A stretch of 37,498 nt of DNA from a virus. The stretch lies in IMG/VR virus record IMGVR_UViG_3300033182_000772, positions 1 to 37,498 of that record; one strand, written 5' to 3'. A model generated the notes under the pieces. That model had not been told where the DNA came from. It did no database searches and saw only the letters and a list, made by a program, of their open reading frames with translations. Both the position numbers and the translations under genes were made by a program. Below, in pieces: positions 33,694-37,498 of this stretch. Each line of letters begins with the position of its first letter. Position 1 is the first letter of the stretch.

Positions 33694-35648
33694 CACTTAC
33701 CCCATCGTGTTCCCCACTGCACCCCGCCTGTTGTGAGCGGGAGCCCGTCAGCCCACCAAGGAATTTGAGACATAATCTCATTGAGACGTTCACCATCGGC
33801 TCTGCTCCCTTCTCCGATAACCTCATCGTGGACCGAGCCGATTATTTTGAGCCCGGCGTCGTCGGCCTCCAAGAGTGTCTCCCTTAATACGTCGGCGGCC
33901 ACGGCTTGACAAGTGTTCTGGAACAACAGCGCACCGCGCGCGTGCAGCCGGATGGGCGGGTCGCCTGCGGCGGGCGCGAAGTGGGTCTGGAATGTGACCC
34001 CAACGCGCTCCTCACCCCACGGCGTGGTATACAGATCCCGCTTCGGCCGGGGGTAGGCGAGGAATCGCTTGCTCGGCAGGCGGCACCAGAGATAGGCACC
34101 GTCCGATAGGTATGTGACGCGACCGACGTTGAACTCTACACCAGGGTTTAGGACAGCGTTCTCGATTGCCACGTCGTAGTCCGACCAAATCTCCGTGGCC
34201 CAAGGGTTGACGGCGCGCCACTTGAAGGTGATGTCTTTACCCTCCTCCTGCGAGAACGTCACACCGTAGTTCTTGGCCATGCCGATCAGCGCATTGGCGC
34301 CGCCGCCATACTGCAGGCTCAGCTCGGCGATCTTGCCCGACTGGCGCAGTTCCGACCCTACGTCATCCTCCGCCACGCTGAACATATCGGACGCAGTGAC
34401 GACGTAGACGTCGCGCTCCTGCCTGTAGAGGTCCAGCTTGCGCTCTCCGGCCGGGCGGTTTGACAGCCACGGGGCGATACGCCCTTCGATGGCGGACCAG
34501 TCAACCCAGTATAGACCCTTATCGCTGTAGATCAGCGCCCGGAGCAGGCGCGCCATGGTCTCGGCGGGGCGGGCGAGCTCGTCTTTTGCAATGACACGGG
34601 CGATCAGGGCCTGCGCCTCGTCATCCTCGAAGACATCCCGGCGGATGTTATGTGGCTGGAGCCCCTTGCCGCTGAACCGGCCGGTGCGCCCCGCGCCGTT
34701 CCACACGAACGTATTGTGGACACGGCCCTCGACATGGGTGTGTGCCGCAACGGCGAATTTCTTGAGCGCCGACGAGCCCGCGTTGTTGATGTACTCGAGC
34801 AGCTCCCGCGCGCTTGGGTCCAGATCGTCGCACCCGAGCAGGTATGCCCGGTGGTCCTGATCCAGGCTGATCTTCTTCTCACTCTTCTTGTATACCTCGA
34901 GCAGCTTCATCTGGTCTGCGGTGAGCCGCGGGAAAAGCCACGCGTCACGCGCCTTGCGCTGCGTTGACTTGGTCATCATGCCGTCCGTCAGGCCGCTGAT
35001 CGCCCGGTTGGCGTCGTCCGCCACCTCGTGCGTGTAGGCGAGCGCGGCCTCGCAGAACTGCACGTCGATGGGGATCCCGCGCTCGTTGATGCGGCAGTTC
35101 AGGTGATACTCCTCCCACTCGGCGTCCGAGATGGGGCGCAGAACCTTGACGAGCGCGCGCATGATCTCGACGTCAGAGACGTTGTAGTCGCGCATCAGCT
35201 CGGCGTCGCCCGGCTTGAACTCTTTCAGGTGTTCGGGCTTGCAATACTCGTTCAGCAGTCGCGTGCCTTGTGCGTGCTTGCGATAGGGCAACCCCACGGC
35301 GACAGCTGCAGCGTCGAGCCCTCCGGGGAAGCCGCTGGCCAGCGCCTGCACCATGCTGCAGCGCCACTGTGTAAGCTTTGGTGCGTCGAAACCGTAGTCA
35401 GGCCCCACCACATACTCGAACAGGTGACGCTCGAACTCGGCGTTATGGGCCGTGATGGGCCCGCCTGTGGCGATGTAATCGGTGACAGCCCGCGGGAACG
35501 GCTCATGCGACCACCAGAACTCGACGGGGTCGTCGTCAAACGCGTAGGCCATGCAGATAATCTGCGTGTCAGGGTGCTCGGCATACCGGCGCAGGCCGTG
35601 GAAGACGAGGTCTACAGGCGAACGGGTCTCGATGTCGATAAAGAGCAT
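33693..35648 (-). CDS. Family A DNA polymerase with N-terminal 3'-5' exonuclease domain
   Basis: 651 aa. Exo[11 protein letters not shown]. Pol motif [10 protein letters not shown], motif [17 protein letters not shown], motif C GSVHDEV. Confidence 0.95.
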   Translation of the reverse strand: MLFIDIETRSPVDLVFHGLRRYAEHPDTQIICMAYAFDDDPVEFWWSHEPFPRAVTDYIATGGPITAHNAEFERHLFEYVVGPDYGFDAPKLTQWRCSMVQALASGFPGGLDAAAVAVGLPYRKHAQGTRLLNEYCKPEHLKEFKPGDAELMRDYNVSDVEIMRALVKVLRPISDAEWEEYHLNCRINERGIPIDVQFCEAALAYTHEVADDANRAISGLTDGMMTKSTQRKARDAWLFPRLTADQMKLLEVYKKSEKKISLDQDHRAYLLGCDDLDPSARELLEYINNAGSSALKKFAVAAHTHVEGRVHNTFVWNGAGRTGRFSGKGLQPHNIRRDVFEDDEAQALIARVIAKDELARPAETMARLLRALIYSDKGLYWVDWSAIEGRIAPWLSNRPAGERKLDLYRQERDVYVVTASDMFSVAEDDVGSELRQSGKIAELSLQYGGGANALIGMAKNYGVTFSQEEGKDITFKWRAVNPWATEIWSDYDVAIENAVLNPGVEFNVGRVTYLSDGAYLWCRLPSKRFLAYPRPKRDLYTTPWGEERVGVTFQTHFAPAAGDPPIRLHARGALLFQNTCQAVAADVLRETLLEADDAGLKIIGSVHDEVIGEGSRADGERLNEIMSQIPWWADGLPLTTGGVQWGTRWGK

Positions 35649-35724
35649 GGCGGGCTCCTCTCTGATGAGAATGGGGGCGCCAGCGCCGCATCACCAGCGC
35701 CCCCGGCGCGAGTCGCAGTGGGAT

Positions 35725-36423
35725 TTAGGCTGCGCTGCGCCGCCGACGCCGCCTGCGCGTCGGCTTCTCTTCCGGCTCCCCTTCCGGTGCCGCGGTCTCG
35801 GGTTCAGCCCGGGGAGCCTCCGCCTTCTCTTCGGTCTTGTCCTCGACGGCGGGCGTCGCCGTCTCGGTCTCGTTGTTCTCGTTACACCATGCAACGATCT
35901 CGAACACAGGGTTGAATACCAGCTTACCACCGCGCTTCTTGTTATGGTAGCTCTCGCTGGAGAGCTTCACCCGCGGATAGAGGTAGGCCGAACCCTCGGC
36001 AGCGTGGGCCTTAATCTGCCCGAGCAGGATGTCAACACCCTTGCGGCCGCCGTAGCTGTTCGTGTCGAAGCCAACCATCTCACCGTCGTCAGTCATGGCA
36101 CCCTCGAAGCTCCGGGCCTCGGAGGGGTAGTCATCGCCGACCGGCGGGATTTCCGGCGGGAGCGGAGCGGTGAACGGCACGAAGACCTTCTTCGGCGAGC
36201 CACCGGACCAGAGAACCCAACCGTGCTTGATGGACGGGGTGTTGACGAGGACCTCGTCACCCGTGACATCGTCACCGTCACGACCGAGTGTCCACTCACC
36301 GGTCTCGAAGTCCATCCGTAGGAAACTGACGCCAGCGTTGGCGGCGGTCTCCTGCACCTGCGACTGCTGCAGGGCATCGGCGAGGGTGGTGGTGTCCATT
36401 ACTGTAGGGAAGTTTGTAGTCAT
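35725..36423 (-). CDS. Hypothetical protein between exonuclease and polymerase (possible ssDNA-binding protein, by position)
   Basis: 232 aa. Globular ~185 aa, then an acidic Pro/Glu-rich linker and a basic tail PTRRRRRRRSAA. No motif recognised. Confidence 0.7.
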   Translation of the reverse strand: MTTNFPTVMDTTTLADALQQSQVQETAANAGVSFLRMDFETGEWTLGRDGDDVTGDEVLVNTPSIKHGWVLWSGGSPKKVFVPFTAPLPPEIPPVGDDYPSEARSFEGAMTDDGEMVGFDTNSYGGRKGVDILLGQIKAHAAEGSAYLYPRVKLSSESYHNKKRGGKLVFNPVFEIVAWCNENNETETATPAVEDKTEEKAEAPRAEPETAAPEGEPEEKPTRRRRRRRSAA

Positions 36424-36455
36424 GGTTCCAGTTTCCAGTTTACGTAGTTGAAAGG

Positions 36456-37498
36456 TTACTTCATCATGTCGGCCAAGTGACCCTGAACGTCCGAGACAAT
36501 GACAGCTTCACGCTTATCACTCTCCGGGGCCAACGTCGTCCCACTGCTCTCCGACTTGATGAACGTCGTGAGGTCAATATCGACCTTCTTTTTCTTGAGC
36601 AGCTTCTCAATCTGCGCCGGGGTCATCAGCGCAGTCTTGGTGATTTCCTTTTTGGTCAGCTTCCGGGTCTTGACCAGCGCCTTCATGGTGGCGTCGGCGT
36701 CGTTCCAGCGCCTCGTTGCCCGCTTGTTGACGATCTTCCAACCCTCGACCGGCACACCGCGGGAGAGCTGCAGGTAAAGCTCTTCACGCACGGCTGCCGC
36801 CCAGGCCTCGACCCCCTCCAGCATCGCTGCTGACGCGGTCAGTTCCTCTTGCAGGTCAGTGCCGAGCAGGTTAGACGCCATGACGTTCGCACGCTTGGCG
36901 TCACAGTAAGGCTCCGCCGGGCAGAACTTGCAGTGGCTGCCGGGGCTGACCGTGTCTTCTGACATTGCCTCGCGGAAGCTCTTCTCGAAACCGGCGAGGT
37001 CAGGGTCGTCCCACTCCCATGTCACCGCGTCGTGCCACAGCTGCGGCTGGATGATGGCGAATACGATCTTCTCGACACCGGCGAACATATCCTGCGTCGC
37101 CGGGTCCGCCTCGGCGCTTACGGTGTAGAGCTTGAGCTGGCTGTTGTTCTTGACGTCGACACGTCCGTGGCCGAACTTGTAGTCCAGCACGAGAAGGGTC
37201 TTGAGGTCCGAGGAGAGACCGATGAGGTCAATCGACCCACCGGCCAGCCCGGGCTCGAGCTGCACGAACGGCTCGATCTCGAAGGTCTCGATGTCCAGCT
37301 CGTCGAGCAGCTTGTTCGTTGCCGCGTAGGCGATCTCCGCGAGCTCTAGGTCATCCTCGCCGAAGACGCGCACGACGTTATCCTCGCGGTATTCGAGGCC
37401 GAGGCACTGTCGGGGCTCGACCTCCTCGCGCTGGCAACGCTCCATGACCTCGTGGAGCATCGAACCTGTGATGGCCGCGTCACCGGCCGGACGTTTAG
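36456..37498 (-). CDS. Cas4-like / DUF2800-type PD-(D/E)XK exonuclease (body; true start is at 226 across the junction)
   Basis: IDLIG...LLVLDYKFGHG is a D...(D/E)xK nuclease core. C-terminal HCKFCPAEPYC plus the N-terminal Cys in LACPGW (in 1..226) give the 4-Cys C...CxxC...C Cas4/AddB-type cluster layout. The frame stays open to the window edge. Confidence 0.85.
   Translation of the reverse strand, partial: KRPAGDAAITGSMLHEVMERCQREEVEPRQCLGLEYREDNVVRVFGEDDLELAEIAYAATNKLLDELDIETFEIEPFVQLEPGLAGGSIDLIGLSSDLKTLLVLDYKFGHGRVDVKNNSQLKLYTVSAEADPATQDMFAGVEKIVFAIIQPQLWHDAVTWEWDDPDLAGFEKSFREAMSEDTVSPGSHCKFCPAEPYCDAKRANVMASNLLGTDLQEELTASAAMLEGVEAWAAAVREELYLQLSRGVPVEGWKIVNKRATRRWNDADATMKALVKTRKLTKKEITKTALMTPAQIEKLLKKKKVDIDLTTFIKSESSGTTLAPESDKREAVIVSDVQGHLADMMK
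37358..37498. repeat. Terminal direct repeat, exact copy of 1..141
   Basis: See feature 1..141. Confidence 0.97.

Noticed and set aside
1-37498. CRISPR arrays, diversity-generating retroelement (RT plus template/variable repeats), integrase/attP, toxin-antitoxin pairs
   Set aside because: I saw no regularly spaced direct repeats, no reverse-transcriptase (YxDD) ORF, no tyrosine or serine recombinase motifs, and no repeat pair matching the tail-fibre 3' end.

Overview
The window is one complete, circularly closed dsDNA phage genome. Bases 1..141 are repeated exactly at 37358..37498, so the unit length is 37,357 bp. It is visibly GC-rich and tightly packed, with many ATGA/GTGA/TAATG start-stop overlaps. 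I found no rRNA, tRNA, CRISPR array, integrase, reverse transcriptase or phage RNA polymerase. There are four transcription blocks. (A) 544..1726 (+) holds five small translationally coupled ORFs of unknown function. (B) 25852..1929 (-) is a morphogenesis and lysis block. Its order is terS-like, terL, two small Pro-rich paralogues, portal, scaffold and major capsid. A T7-colinear tail/ejection series follows: gp11-like adaptor, gp12-like nozzle, GNAT-like protein at the gp13 position, gp14/15-like internal proteins, GH24-like lysozyme, a 1457-aa giant protein and the tail fibre. Accessory membrane proteins, an HTH-metallophosphoesterase fusion, a holin and overlapped spanins complete it. (C) 26031..28568 (+) is an accessory operon of seven small genes punctuated by repeated hairpin/leader cassettes, ending in an XRE-type HTH. 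(D) 462..250, then across the junction, 37357..28870 (-) is a replication block. Its order is a small HTH, a Cas4-like PD-(D/E)XK exonuclease spanning the contig junction, a possible SSB, family A DNA polymerase, an HNH-AP2 homing endonuclease, VRR-NUC, a frameshifted C5-methyltransferase-like gene, an SNF2 helicase and a primase/SF3 helicase. The most unusual non-coding features are listed here. First, a phased A-tract array next to a G-quadruplex-type tract between terS and terL. Second, a 419-bp untranslated region upstream of the capsid gene. Third, an AT-rich island with CCTAAT repeats at the convergence of blocks C and D. Fourth, a conserved box 28-30 nt upstream of four accessory-gene start codons. 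All functional names come from motifs read by eye and recalled family signatures; no database search was run.
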